Shown here piece after piece: positions 49,016-59,000 of a stretch of DNA of 64,000 nt. The DNA comes from Nitrospirota bacterium. GTDB lineage: Bacteria; Nitrospirota; UBA9217. A program made the position numbers and the translations under genes. The notes under the pieces were generated by a model. The model had not been told where the DNA came from. It was given only the letters and a program-made list of their open reading frames with translations, and did no database searches. The stretch is from positions 608,001 through 672,000 of the forward strand of contig CAVVUN010000001.1 of the NCBI GenBank assembly GCA_963751455.1. Reading direction: 5' to 3'. Position 1 is the first letter of the stretch, and each line of letters opens with the position of its first letter.

Positions 49016-49393
49016 TCACGCCGCTTTCTTCAACGCATATTCAACCATGCCCTGAAAATCCACTACCACGGCCGGTTCATCCCCGACCACCCAGGCGTCA
49101 TGTCCTGTCGGCAACAGGGACACATCACCGGCCTTGCATTCGATCTGCGTCCCGTCATCCATCTGCACCATGATCGTTCCCGACACATGATACTGGAAAT
49201 GTGGCGCTTCACAGCTCTTTGTCTTTGCCAAAGGCTGCACGGACGTCGACCATTTCCAGCCAGGGTCGAACGTAGCGCGGCCGATCATGGCCCCTCCTAT
49301 ATTTACGAGCTCCAATTTTCCTTTTGGAAAAGTTCTCACTTCGTCGGGTTTTGTAAAATGCTTGAGTTCCGCATTGGCTGCCTTTACCGGCAT
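49016..49393 (-). CDS. cupin domain protein
   Basis: PGWKWS..VQP.AKT.SCEAPH, GHDAWVVGDEP; SD AAGGAG. Confidence 0.9.
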   Translation of the reverse strand: MPVKAANAELKHFTKPDEVRTFPKGKLELVNIGGAMIGRATFDPGWKWSTSVQPLAKTKSCEAPHFQYHVSGTIMVQMDDGTQIECKAGDVSLLPTGHDAWVVGDEPAVVVDFQGMVEYALKKAA

Positions 49394-49559
49394 TGAACTC
49401 ATCTCCTTATCAGTAAAGCGGCGAAACTTCATAATCTCCGCCTCCTTCAAGCATACCCGAATAATACCGCATCCGTCTCTAACCTCTAACAAGGACATGG
49501 TGCGGTTTTTACCATAACGGTTTATAATGAACAGTAAAAAGACTATTTGAAGGAGCAAC

Positions 49560-50078
49560 ATGGCTTATATAATGGTCGATATAGAAGCAGATGGACCGAT
49601 TCCCGGAGATTATTCGATGATATCTTTTGGCGCGGTCCTCGTTGAACCGGGTCTAAACCATGTTTTTTATGGGCGATTGAAACCGATTTCTGACAAGTGG
49701 GCCCCCCCTTCTCTTGCGATAGCAGGTTTTTCCCGAGAGGAAACGCTGAAATTCGATGAACCGAAGACGGTGATGGAAAATTTTACTATCTGGATCAAGA
49801 ACGAAGTGAAAGCCGAACCGATGTTCATTTCAGATAACACAGGGTTTGATTGGCAGTTCATGAGCTGGTACTTTCACCATTTTATGGGATCAAATCCGTT
49901 CGGATTCAGATCCACTGATCTTGGATCACTTTACAAGGGCCTGCTCAAAGACACCCGTGCGAATTTTAACCATTTAAGAAAAACGAAACACACGCATCAT
50001 CCGGTGGACGATGCCAGGGGCAATGCCGAAGCACTGCTGCATATGAGAGACGAGCTGGGTCTTAAGATCATGCTGTAA
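49560..50078 (+). CDS. DEDDh 3'-5' exo(ribo)nuclease domain protein
   Basis: VDIEADGP, FDWQF, HTHHPVDDA. Confidence 0.88.
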   Translation: MAYIMVDIEADGPIPGDYSMISFGAVLVEPGLNHVFYGRLKPISDKWAPPSLAIAGFSREETLKFDEPKTVMENFTIWIKNEVKAEPMFISDNTGFDWQFMSWYFHHFMGSNPFGFRSTDLGSLYKGLLKDTRANFNHLRKTKHTHHPVDDARGNAEALLHMRDELGLKIML

Positions 50079-50188
50079 GTGGATCCCCTCCCTGGAGCCG
50101 GAGGCTCCTTTTCACGTCGCATTACCCCGGCAGGAGTCGGGGATTGCAAGTCGCGGGATTCTGCTATTGAACAGTGTAAACCTTGCCC

Positions 50189-50385
50189 CTATTTCCCGCT
50201 CTCGATAATTTCCCGGAACTCGTCAGCAGGAAGCGGCTTGCTGAAGAGAAATCCCTGAATCTCGTCGCACCCGGCGGTCTTGAGGAATGAAAGCTGCTCG
50301 ACCGTTTCAACCCCTTCGGCGATAACGTCCAATCGGAGTTTGTGCCCCATCGCGACCATGGCGTTCACAATCGCCTGGCGGCACA
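50189..50385 (-). pseudogene. C-terminal fragment of an EAL domain
   Basis: AIVNAMVAMGHKLRLDVIAEGVETVEQL...DEIQGFLFSKP; the rest of the domain is absent. Confidence 0.8.
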
Positions 50386-50579
50386 AGCTATTCTCCGCCT
50401 TTTGTAACATCGAGAGCTCTATCCTGGAATCTTGTGCTAATATATTTTCCTGATCCTTCGATCGCTTTTTTAAAGACATTTCGCAATTACATTTAAACGG
50501 TTTATAATTATATTGATAAACTTACAGATGAGGACTCGTTTTATCCGGCAATTCATTTTCTTCTCAAAAAGGATAATTT

Positions 50580-51056
50580 ATGGATCACGAAAACAATATC
50601 AACAGTATCAATGAACGGCACCGCGAATTTCGGAGAAGAAGCGATATCGATAAAAACAATGCAAGCGCTCTGACGAGCGATGACGAATTCAGGACCGCGA
50701 TCGAAGCGACCGGCCTCGGCATCATGGACTATTATCCGTTGACCGGAGAACTGTACTGGAACAGTTCAGCTAAGGAACACTTCGGACTTGCTCCGGATGC
50801 ACAGGTAAACTACAACGTGTTTCTTGTCGGTCTGCACCCAGAGGACCGGGAGCGTATCGAGCTGCTATTTCAGAACGCGCTTGAGCCCATAACCGAAGGC
50901 AACTTCAGGGCGGAGTATCGGACGATCGGCATTGAGGACGGGAAGGAACGCAGGATTGCGATGCGCGGCAAAGCGTTTTTTAATCGTCACGGAGAAGCTG
51001 TCCGATTCATAGGGACGACTCAGGATTTAACCGAGTTTAGACCGGAAGGACGATGA
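50580..51056 (+). CDS. stand-alone PAS domain protein
   Basis: LHPEDRE, FRAEYR, RGKAFF...AVRFIGTTQDLTE. Confidence 0.8.
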   Translation: MDHENNINSINERHREFRRRSDIDKNNASALTSDDEFRTAIEATGLGIMDYYPLTGELYWNSSAKEHFGLAPDAQVNYNVFLVGLHPEDRERIELLFQNALEPITEGNFRAEYRTIGIEDGKERRIAMRGKAFFNRHGEAVRFIGTTQDLTEFRPEGR

Positions 51057-51250
51057 CGGCGAGCGTGATCATGATTGATGTAAAAGAAGAAACGAGAACG
51101 GCAGAAATACTTCTCGTAGAAGACAATCCAGCTGACGTCGTCCTGATGAAGGAGGCGCTCAAGCGGGGTAACATCTCGAATAATATTTCAGTAGCCGTCA
51201 CGGGTGATGAGGCCTTCGATTTCCTGCATAAGAGAGGCAAGTATGATGGC
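51053..51250 (+). pseudogene. N-terminal fragment of an Rcp1-like response regulator
   Basis: ILLVEDNPADV...[14 protein letters not shown], then runs into an inverted kinase fragment before the phospho-Asp. Confidence 0.75.
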
Positions 51251-51360
51251 AAGGCCGACCCCGGCGCCGGAATACTCCTCACGCGTATGCAGCCTCTGGA
51301 AGATGGAGAAAATACGGTCGTAATAATCCGGATCTATCCCGATCCCGTTGTCGTGCACGC
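51243..51360 (-). pseudogene. HATPase fragment of a histidine kinase
   Basis: [39 protein letters not shown]. Confidence 0.8.
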
Positions 51361-51392
51361 GGTGGCCAAATAAGAATTCTGCAGTCCCGGCG

Positions 51393-51782
51393 CTACGCCG
51401 CTTTTCCTGTCCGCATAAAAAGGTTCCGTATTTCTTTGGGAAGCTGTTCAAACGTATCGACCAATTCGTCTTTCGGCGCATTATCAGCGAGCGTCGACAG
51501 TACTGCACGTGCATGTTCTTCTGCCGTCGCCGGGTCAACACCCTCCCTATCCGCGATCTGGGCAAGAAATTCATCGATCCCGAACGGTTGCGCCAGCGGG
51601 GATTGCTTGAGAAACCGCTTGAAGTCTGCAGGTAGCGCGGCAGCCAGGTCATCGGCCTGGCCGAATGTGATCCGTTGTCCGAGAACTTCAAGAGCTGCTC
51701 GTATCGCCTTCACTACATCGATATCGGATGTGAACCGGGCCCGGTCGCGCACTGACTTTATATAGTTATTATAATAATCCAT
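51393..51782 (-). CDS. DUF2267-family protein
   Basis: Internally repeated [11 protein letters not shown]...DLAAALP / ARAVLSTL...[10 protein letters not shown]. Confidence 0.85.
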   Translation of the reverse strand: MDYYNNYIKSVRDRARFTSDIDVVKAIRAALEVLGQRITFGQADDLAAALPADFKRFLKQSPLAQPFGIDEFLAQIADREGVDPATAEEHARAVLSTLADNAPKDELVDTFEQLPKEIRNLFMRTGKAA

Positions 51783-51816
51783 CGCTGTTCTCCTGCGCGG
51801 TCAACCTGAAATCGGG

Positions 51817-52302
51817 TCATGCGGCCCTTCTCCGTTCTGCCTGGACCGAGAAGTCCATGATAGTCGGATTCACCATTCTCATGTAGTCGTCAAAGGAAAG
51901 CCTTACCAGTTCCGAAAAGGAGCATGCATTAAAGGCTATTTCCTTGTCTTGCGTCAGCGCCCGTGAAACAATAACATCCATGCCATACAGGTTTCCGAAA
52001 GGAGGCTGCGATCCAGGCTGGCAATCAGGAAACATATCTTTATATTCGTCCTCCGGCATCAGCACCGCCTCGCGGGCGCCTGAATTGTCTTTCAAGAGGG
52101 CGAAATCAATATAGTGAAATGCGGGCAGGATGCACATGACTATCTTCCCGTCAAGTTTGACAATCACCGTTTTTGCCAGATCCTGCCCTTTTACGTGGGC
52201 CGATGCAGCGATCTCCTGGGCAGTGTACGCGGGAGAATGAGCAATACTTACATACTTCACGTTCTGACCGTTCAAGTAATCCTTTATTTTAATTGAAGGC
52301 AT
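51817..52302 (-). CDS. YbaK/EbsC aminoacyl-tRNA editing-fold protein
   Basis: HSPAYTAQEIA, LAKTVIVK, FPDCQPGSQPPFGNLYG. Confidence 0.9.
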   Translation of the reverse strand: MPSIKIKDYLNGQNVKYVSIAHSPAYTAQEIAASAHVKGQDLAKTVIVKLDGKIVMCILPAFHYIDFALLKDNSGAREAVLMPEDEYKDMFPDCQPGSQPPFGNLYGMDVIVSRALTQDKEIAFNACSFSELVRLSFDDYMRMVNPTIMDFSVQAERRRAA

Positions 52303-52426
52303 GACACACCTCCTTATGTTCCTTGGCGTTCGTCGCCCTCATGTTGCTTTAAATCAGGAGGCTCAATCCGGATGCGGTAAATAATTCAAATCCGGCAAAC
52401 CGTCTAGGTTGAAGACGGGAAGAACA

Positions 52427-52948
52427 CTATGCAGCTTTCTTCTTTACGGCTTTCTCGCCTTCCGGAAGACTCGGCGTCTCGATCTCGATCTTTTTAGGCT
52501 TCACCTCTACCGCCGAAGGAACGGTGATCTCAAGCATGCCGTTGACGTATGTTGCCTTCATCTGATCGATCTTGGCGCCCGTCGGCAGCGTGAACCGCCG
52601 CTCGAACTTGCCATAGGAGAGTTCCCGGCTGATATAGTCCTCAGTCTTGGTTTCTTTATCCTGTTTCCTCTCCCCCTTGATGATGAGCTGACGCGAGTCT
52701 TCATCGAAGGAGACGTCGACGTCCTTGGGATCGATGCCGGGCAATTCGCATTTCATAATCAGGTTGTCGCCTTTAATGTACGTCTCGGCCAGCGGCGTCC
52801 GTGCTCCTGTGACTTCCGGGGCTGGTATATTTGCGCCAAGGAACTGGCTGAACATTCTCGCCATATCGCGCTGCATTTGCTGTAGCTCGCTCAACGGGTT
52901 TCCTCCTCTTAAAATATTGAAAGGATCAAAAAGGCTCAGGTTTGCCAT
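52427..52948 (-). CDS. Hsp20/alpha-crystallin small heat-shock protein
   Basis: ELPGIDPKDVDV, YGKFERRFTLP, ATYVNGMLEITVP, KKIEI. Confidence 0.93.
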   Translation of the reverse strand: MANLSLFDPFNILRGGNPLSELQQMQRDMARMFSQFLGANIPAPEVTGARTPLAETYIKGDNLIMKCELPGIDPKDVDVSFDEDSRQLIIKGERKQDKETKTEDYISRELSYGKFERRFTLPTGAKIDQMKATYVNGMLEITVPSAVEVKPKKIEIETPSLPEGEKAVKKKAA

Positions 52949-53167
52949 GTTATTCACTCCTTTCGATCAGCTATCTGGATTGAAGCACCCCACCCGATGG
53001 AGCAAATAACTTTAACAATTATATTGTCCATCCATGAGAAACTACACCTTTCGCTGAACAATCTCATTCTTGTATTCTAATTCAACTTTATCGCCCTCTT
53101 CCGGGAATGGTCAAGCGGTCTTTAGTATCCGGCTGCGACTATATTTTCGGGCGTGCGGGGAACCTCA

Positions 53168-53292
53168 TCAGCTGTATATTCCCTGGATATCCGCCCTTCG
53201 CAGCCTGAGAGCATTTCCTATAACGGACACCGAACTAAAGCTCATTGCGGCAGCGGCGAAGACAGGGCTCAGCAAGATGCCCAGAAACGGAA
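53168..53292 (-). pseudogene. C-terminal fragment of a P1B (CopA-like) ATPase, not in the ORF track
   Basis: Minus strand reads [32 protein letters not shown]. Confidence 0.8.
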
Positions 53293-53498
53293 CTCAGGGG
53301 TTACTTTATTAAAGCATAATATCCCTACAGAAGCTGTCAACCTGCTCTACACCTAAGGTTTTCTGCTTCTTGAAAAATAAGACAATGTGTTTCGAATCTA
53401 TGTGAGAATTCCAGGAATTAGTTACGATTTTCATACTTTGTTTCAAAACTCTTTTCTTCATTCCTTGACTGCTTTTGCTCTTATGGTAGGTTTTACCT

Positions 53499-53882
53499 AT
53501 GAAGATAATCAGCACTGTATTTTTTTTCTTTTTGGTTTTATCTTCGTCCGTTCTGGCCGACGACAGACATACATGGACAACCGGCGATTCGCTTCTGCAG
53601 TCGGCCCTGATCGGCCTGATAGTCGTCGACTGGCACCAAACCAGGGAGTTTACAAGTAAGCGGCAAAAATATCCGACCAAATATGAAAGCAATCCGCTGC
53701 TGAAGGCGCATCCCTCCGCTCGCGAAGTTAACAGTGTAATAGTCGGGTGCATACTAGTGCATACCGGCATAGCATACCTGCTGCCGAAACCCTACCGGAC
53801 AATATGGCAGAGTTTATGGCTCGGCGTCGAAGTGGACGCGGTCTATGCCAATTACAGGGCCGGAATCACTTTCAGCTTTTAA
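53499..53882 (+). CDS. exported/membrane hypothetical protein, paralog 1
   Basis: Signal peptide; DWHQTREF...ESNPLL..HP...LPKPYRTIWQ. Confidence 0.8.
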   Translation: MKIISTVFFFFLVLSSSVLADDRHTWTTGDSLLQSALIGLIVVDWHQTREFTSKRQKYPTKYESNPLLKAHPSAREVNSVIVGCILVHTGIAYLLPKPYRTIWQSLWLGVEVDAVYANYRAGITFSF

Positions 53883-53913
53883 CAGTGCGACTTCAACGAG
53901 GGGACCGGAAACA

Positions 53914-54312
53914 ATGAACATCAAGCAGCGAGCTGCCAGCGTCCCGTTATTGTTACTTTGTTTATTGCTTGCTGCGCCGGTCTCTGCCGCTGATAACCAT
54001 GCGTGGTCGGCATCCGACACTGCGCTGCAAGCTACATTCATTCTGCTCACGGCCATGGAATGGCGGCAAACAAGGGAATTTACAAATCATCGAAGCAGAT
54101 ATTCCGAAACGTACACCGTCAGCCCGTTCTTAAGCGAGCATCCCACAGCCCACGATGCTAACAGGCTGGCTGCGGCTTCAATAATTGTTCATACAGGCCT
54201 GGCCTACGCGCTTCCCAGGCCGTACCGTACGATCTGGCAAAGCTTCTGGATCGGCGTCCAGGGAGGCTCGGTTCTTTCAAATTACGTGGCCTGCATCAGT
54301 GTCAGATTTTAA
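53914..54312 (+). CDS. exported/membrane hypothetical protein, paralog 2
   Basis: Collinear similarity to paralog 1 (EWRQTREF...LPRPYRTIWQSFW). Confidence 0.8.
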   Translation: MNIKQRAASVPLLLLCLLLAAPVSAADNHAWSASDTALQATFILLTAMEWRQTREFTNHRSRYSETYTVSPFLSEHPTAHDANRLAAASIIVHTGLAYALPRPYRTIWQSFWIGVQGGSVLSNYVACISVRF

Positions 54313-54355
54313 ATCACTCAATTTATTGTTCAGATAGATGCGAAATCTCTCGAAC

Positions 54356-54467
54356 GTCATTGCGAGAAGCGCTTTTTACGATGTGGCATTCTCGAAGTTT
54401 TGATTGAACCCGGGTTCGAGAGTTATCGAGATCGACCAGTCCAGCTCGCTTCGCTGCGCGCAATGAC
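54356..54467. repeat. degenerate, expanded GTCATTGCGAG-type palindromic repeat
   Basis: GTCATTGCGAG ... GCTTCGCTGCGCGCAATGAC ends. Confidence 0.7.
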
Positions 54468-54568
54468 GGCGAGGGGCCTGATCGCAAGAAAGGATTTTTT
54501 CAACGTTGACAATGAATATTAAATGCATACAATGAGAGTATTTCGTTCCTGATATGCGGAGGCACTTG

Positions 54569-55963
54569 ATGAATAATAACCTCACTGAAGCCCTTGATCA
54601 TTTCGCGCAACACCAGACCAGGCATTTAGACGACCTCAAGGAACTGGTCCGAATCCCGAGCATCAGTTTCCCAGGCTTTGATCCGGAGGCGGTCAGGAGG
54701 AGCGCGGAAGCCGTACAAAGGCTTCTCTCCCGAAGCGGCCTGAAAGATGTCCGCCTCCTGGAAACAGGAGCCGGCCACCCCTCCGTATTCGGAGAATGGA
54801 CGGACGCTCCCGGTAAACCCACGATCCTTCTGTATGCTCATCATGATGTCCAGCCTGCCGGCAGAGAATCGGTCTGGACAACGCCTCCTTTTGAACCAGT
54901 CGAACGAAACGGGAGACTTTTTGCGCGGGGCGTATCGGACGACAAGGCAGGAGCTGTCATGCATGCTGCCGCAGTAGAATCGTATCTTGCATCAGGGAAA
55001 CGGCTGCCGATAAATGTAAAAGTGCTGATCGAAGGCGAGGAAGAAGTGGGATCCACGAACCTCAATAAACTGCTGGATACGAATCATGAGCTTTTCTCAG
55101 CGGACCTCGTCCTGATTGCTGATAGTGAAAACTTCGACAGCGGTGTTCCGTCGCTCACCGCCTCTCTTCGCGGCATTGTAACCGTGAATCTGGAAGTACG
55201 CTCTCTGTCGTCCAGCGTCCATTCCGGCACATGGGGCGGCCCGTTGCCCGATCCTGTGATCGCCCTTTCTAAAATCCTAGCGACCCTTCTTGATGACGAG
55301 GGCCGGCCTGCCATTCCTGGTCTATTAACTAAGGTCAGGAAATTGTCCCCCGCTGAAAAGGCGGAGCTTGAAGCATTGCCCTTTAATGAGCAGCTTTACA
55401 GGAATCAATCCACGCTTCTGGATGGTGTTACTATTACAGGAGGTGAAAGCGGGGTCTATGAAAAGATGTGGTATGAGCCGTCGATCGCGGTCAACGTTAT
55501 CGAGGCAAGCAGCAGAAAGCAGGCTTCGAACATCATCAATGATTCGGCATATGCCCGTATAGGCATCAGGATCGTTCCCGATATGGACCCTTTTGAAACG
55601 CTGGAACTCCTGAAGAAGCATCTGATAAAGAATGCTCCCTGGGGCGTACACGTAAACATAGAGCCTGAAACACCGTCACGCTGGTGGCGTACCGATACGA
55701 AGGGCCCCGTGTTCGAAGCAGCGAGAGCAGCACTCGAGAAAGGCTACGGCACGAAACCGGCCGTTGTCGGCGCAGGCGGGTCGATACCGTTTGTCCAGAC
55801 CATCACGGATGCGCTCGGCGGCGCCCCTGCCCTGCTCTTCGGCGTGGGAGACCGGTATTCAGCTGCTCATTCCGAGAATGAAAGCCTTTTGCTTTCCGAC
55901 TGGGAAAAGGCCTGTAGGAGCCTTATCTACTTGCTTGCAAAACTCGCAGATCTGAAGATTTGA
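54569..55963 (+). CDS. M20/M25/M40 metallo-dipeptidase
   Basis: YAHHDVQP, RGVSDDKAG, EGEEEVGS, HSG..GG, GGSIP, AHSENE. Confidence 0.93.
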   Translation: MNNNLTEALDHFAQHQTRHLDDLKELVRIPSISFPGFDPEAVRRSAEAVQRLLSRSGLKDVRLLETGAGHPSVFGEWTDAPGKPTILLYAHHDVQPAGRESVWTTPPFEPVERNGRLFARGVSDDKAGAVMHAAAVESYLASGKRLPINVKVLIEGEEEVGSTNLNKLLDTNHELFSADLVLIADSENFDSGVPSLTASLRGIVTVNLEVRSLSSSVHSGTWGGPLPDPVIALSKILATLLDDEGRPAIPGLLTKVRKLSPAEKAELEALPFNEQLYRNQSTLLDGVTITGGESGVYEKMWYEPSIAVNVIEASSRKQASNIINDSAYARIGIRIVPDMDPFETLELLKKHLIKNAPWGVHVNIEPETPSRWWRTDTKGPVFEAARAALEKGYGTKPAVVGAGGSIPFVQTITDALGGAPALLFGVGDRYSAAHSENESLLLSDWEKACRSLIYLLAKLADLKI

Positions 55964-55997
55964 TTGTCTAGACATATAAAAGATGCAAACAAAAAAC

Positions 55998-56032
55998 TAG
56001 GGAGGCTTCAGAATAATTCTAAAGCCTCCCTA
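55998..56032. terminator. hairpin terminator between convergent genes
   Basis: TAGGGAGGCTT-CAGAATAATTCTA-AAGCCTCCCTA with an A6 tract on the left. Confidence 0.75.
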
Positions 56033-56045
56033 TCAACGTACATTG

Positions 56046-59000
56046 CTACCTCAACCTGATTCCGGTATTCCCGCCTGACACCTTCACCCCATACTTCAAA
56101 CTATCAGGATACGCAATCAGGTTTCTTATTTCCGTCCCATCAGCCTTGAATATCTTCACTGTCGGATCGTTCTGCGGACAGGGTCCCGCGCCGGCAATGA
56201 CTTCATCCACTCCATCGCCGTCAAGATCAGCGCTCGATACGTTCACGCCATACTTCAAGCTCGATTCATACGCTGCAAATTCCCGGACCAGGGTCCCATC
56301 GGCTTTATATATCCTGATCGCTGATGAATTCTTTGGGTCAGATCCGGCGCCGGCGATAATCTCTGATTTCCCGTCTCCATCCATGTCTCCAGACGTAATA
56401 TTTACTCCATAAGTTCCTTCAAATGCGGTGAAGGTGGTTAGCGGAGTAAGGTCGCTAGACTCATATTTCCATATAGTAACGGATGCGTCGTTATTCGGTC
56501 CGGGTCCGGGCGCTGTAATGATCTCAGGTATGTTGTCTCCATCGATGTCTCCGGCTGTTATATTCAGCCCGTAAGAACTCTGGCTATTCACAGTGTGGGC
56601 TATTATCTGAGTGAATCCGGCGCTCGTATATTTAAGCACTTTCAGGATGCCAGGATTCTTCGGGTCAGGGCCGGCGCCCACGATCAATTCATCGACCCAG
56701 TCCCCGTCCAGATCGCCGGACGCAAGCGTCAACCCGTATTTCGTGTCAAACGCCGCGTATTCAGCAAGGAGCGAACCGTCTCTCTTGAAAGCCCTGAACG
56801 TCGCGCCGTTCTTCGGGTCCGGTCCCTGTGCGACGATTATTTCGTCATAACCGTCGCCGTCGATATCAGCCGAAATTGCATTTGCGCCGTACTTCGTATC
56901 GAACGCCTTGAATTCCTTAATAAGCTCCGCGTTGCCGTCATAGAGCCGTACCAGCGCCTCATTCTGCGGACCCGGCCCGGCTGAAGCGATAATGCCAGGA
57001 GCGATATCCGGGTTCTGCTGGATAACCAGATTCAGGTTCAAGTCATGGCGGACTAGTCCATCGTCTCCAGTCACCGTGAGGGCATACGTGCCCGGCTTAA
57101 CGTATTTCGATGTCAAAACAGTCAAAGCAGCCTGTCCAGGGACTGAGGTTTGAGCACTATCCAGGGACGCTCTTACACCATACGGCAATCCTGTAACTGT
57201 CAAACCCACAACGCCTTCGTAACCATTGAGCGCCGAAATGCTTATCGGCAGAGCCGAGGATTCGAGTTGCTTTATTGTCCGGCTCAACTCCGCTGCTTCC
57301 ATTCCGAAACCGGACACATCGAGGGTAAGCGGTACTGTATGCGTCACGATTTCGCCCTCATCCGTCCCCTGCGCAGTCAGGTACAAGGTATGCGTTCCTG
57401 TAACCGTCTTGTCCGTTGCAATCACTAAAGTCTCTGACTGGCCGGGTAGCATTAATCTATCCGGGTTGAACGTTACAGTCGCGCCGGCCGGTAAACCATC
57501 AATGTTCATCGACGTTTCATTGTTCCATCCATTCAAAGGTGTCAAAGTTGCGATGAATGAGGCTGTTTCCCCCTGTTTAATCCTTGCACTGGTTTCGTCG
57601 AGGATAATGGTAAAATCTGGCGCTTTGTTAAGAGCTATGAGCTTCGTGCTCGAAATTGAACTTTCGATCATGGTATCGGCTATAGTGTATGCGCCGTCCA
57701 CTGCCAGCCCTGCTGTGTTCCACACTTGTGAGAAGGTGGTCCTCATTGATGGCGGCAGCGCGCCTAGATTCGTAATGTTCGTATATGCCGCATTGCCTGA
57801 GGAGTCCTTAGCAGTCGTCATTATGGCAGCTCCATTATAGGTGGTTGATGCCGTCAGGTTCATGATGGTGGAGGTGATGTATACCTTCTGCCTGATCTTA
57901 TAGGTATCTTTGTCTGTTTCGGTAAGAATCGCAAGCTCAGGTATTTTAACAGCCATGCTTCCGCTGTTATTATTTTCATTGAACTCTGTAACTGTATTCC
58001 CTTCATTTACTTTTACCGTGATCGAATGATCTCCAGCCTTGCCGAGGATATTCCAAGAAACCGCAACAGTTTCATATTCTCCCAAATTCAGCGCTCTAAC
58101 CGATTTAGTGTCAATCAGAGTTTCACCATCATGGAAAGCTACGATCGCATCACCGGAGGCAGTCCTGCCCTGATTCATGATAGTTGCTGTAATTTGGATG
58201 GTGCTATCCGGTTTGATATCAGTCACCCCTACGCTGGTAATTTTCAAATCCGGCAAATCGCTTCCGTAAATAAAACTTGTCTCTTTTGTGCTGGTGAGAC
58301 CGTCAGCGGTCAAAACCGCTTTAAGAATATGAGAACCGGGTGATACGTCTGACAAATCATAGCTCACAGTTGCGAAACCATCGAGCGGGGCCGTTTCTGT
58401 GCGAACTAAAGCGCCGTCTACCAGCAGTTCGAGTGCAGCGTCAGCGGTACCGAACATATTCGCCTTTACGACAACCGGCTCCGATGTGAGGTTGTAAACC
58501 GTCTTATCTGTGCCAATCCCCAGAAGCACCGCGTCACCTACATCGAACGCCTCTGACCCGGATGACAGAAGCAGATCACCCGAATAGAGACCGTACACCA
58601 GGCGATGGATTCCGCTTAATGCAGTTCGGAGTTGTGAGTTCACAGTTGTGAGTAAGGGTTCAGACGGAGAAAGTATAATCGCGCTCTCCCCTGCAGGTGT
58701 ATACTTTTCCATTGGATCTACAACCCAGCTCTTAAGGATCACCGGAAGATCGATATTGCTCGTTAGAGTAAGGTTAGCGGTGATGGCGTCTGTTTTTGTG
58801 TATTTGCCCTTATCCAGTTTTGCTTCAATTATCTTGACTTGAATGCCGCTTACGTCAATAGGATGTGAAACAGTAATGGATTCAGAGTTTTGAGTTTTAA
58901 GTTGAACGTTTATGTTATACGTTCCAGCCGTCATTGTTGACGGAAGAGGAATGTGCTTCGATGCCGATCCGGTAAACCCAACAGTCTCAGAATATCCGCC

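Noticed and set aside
52394-52420. c-di-GMP-I riboswitch suggested by GGCAAACC
   Set aside because: It lacks the GAAA tetraloop and GACGCAAAG elements and lies downstream of hsp20; more likely a simple hairpin
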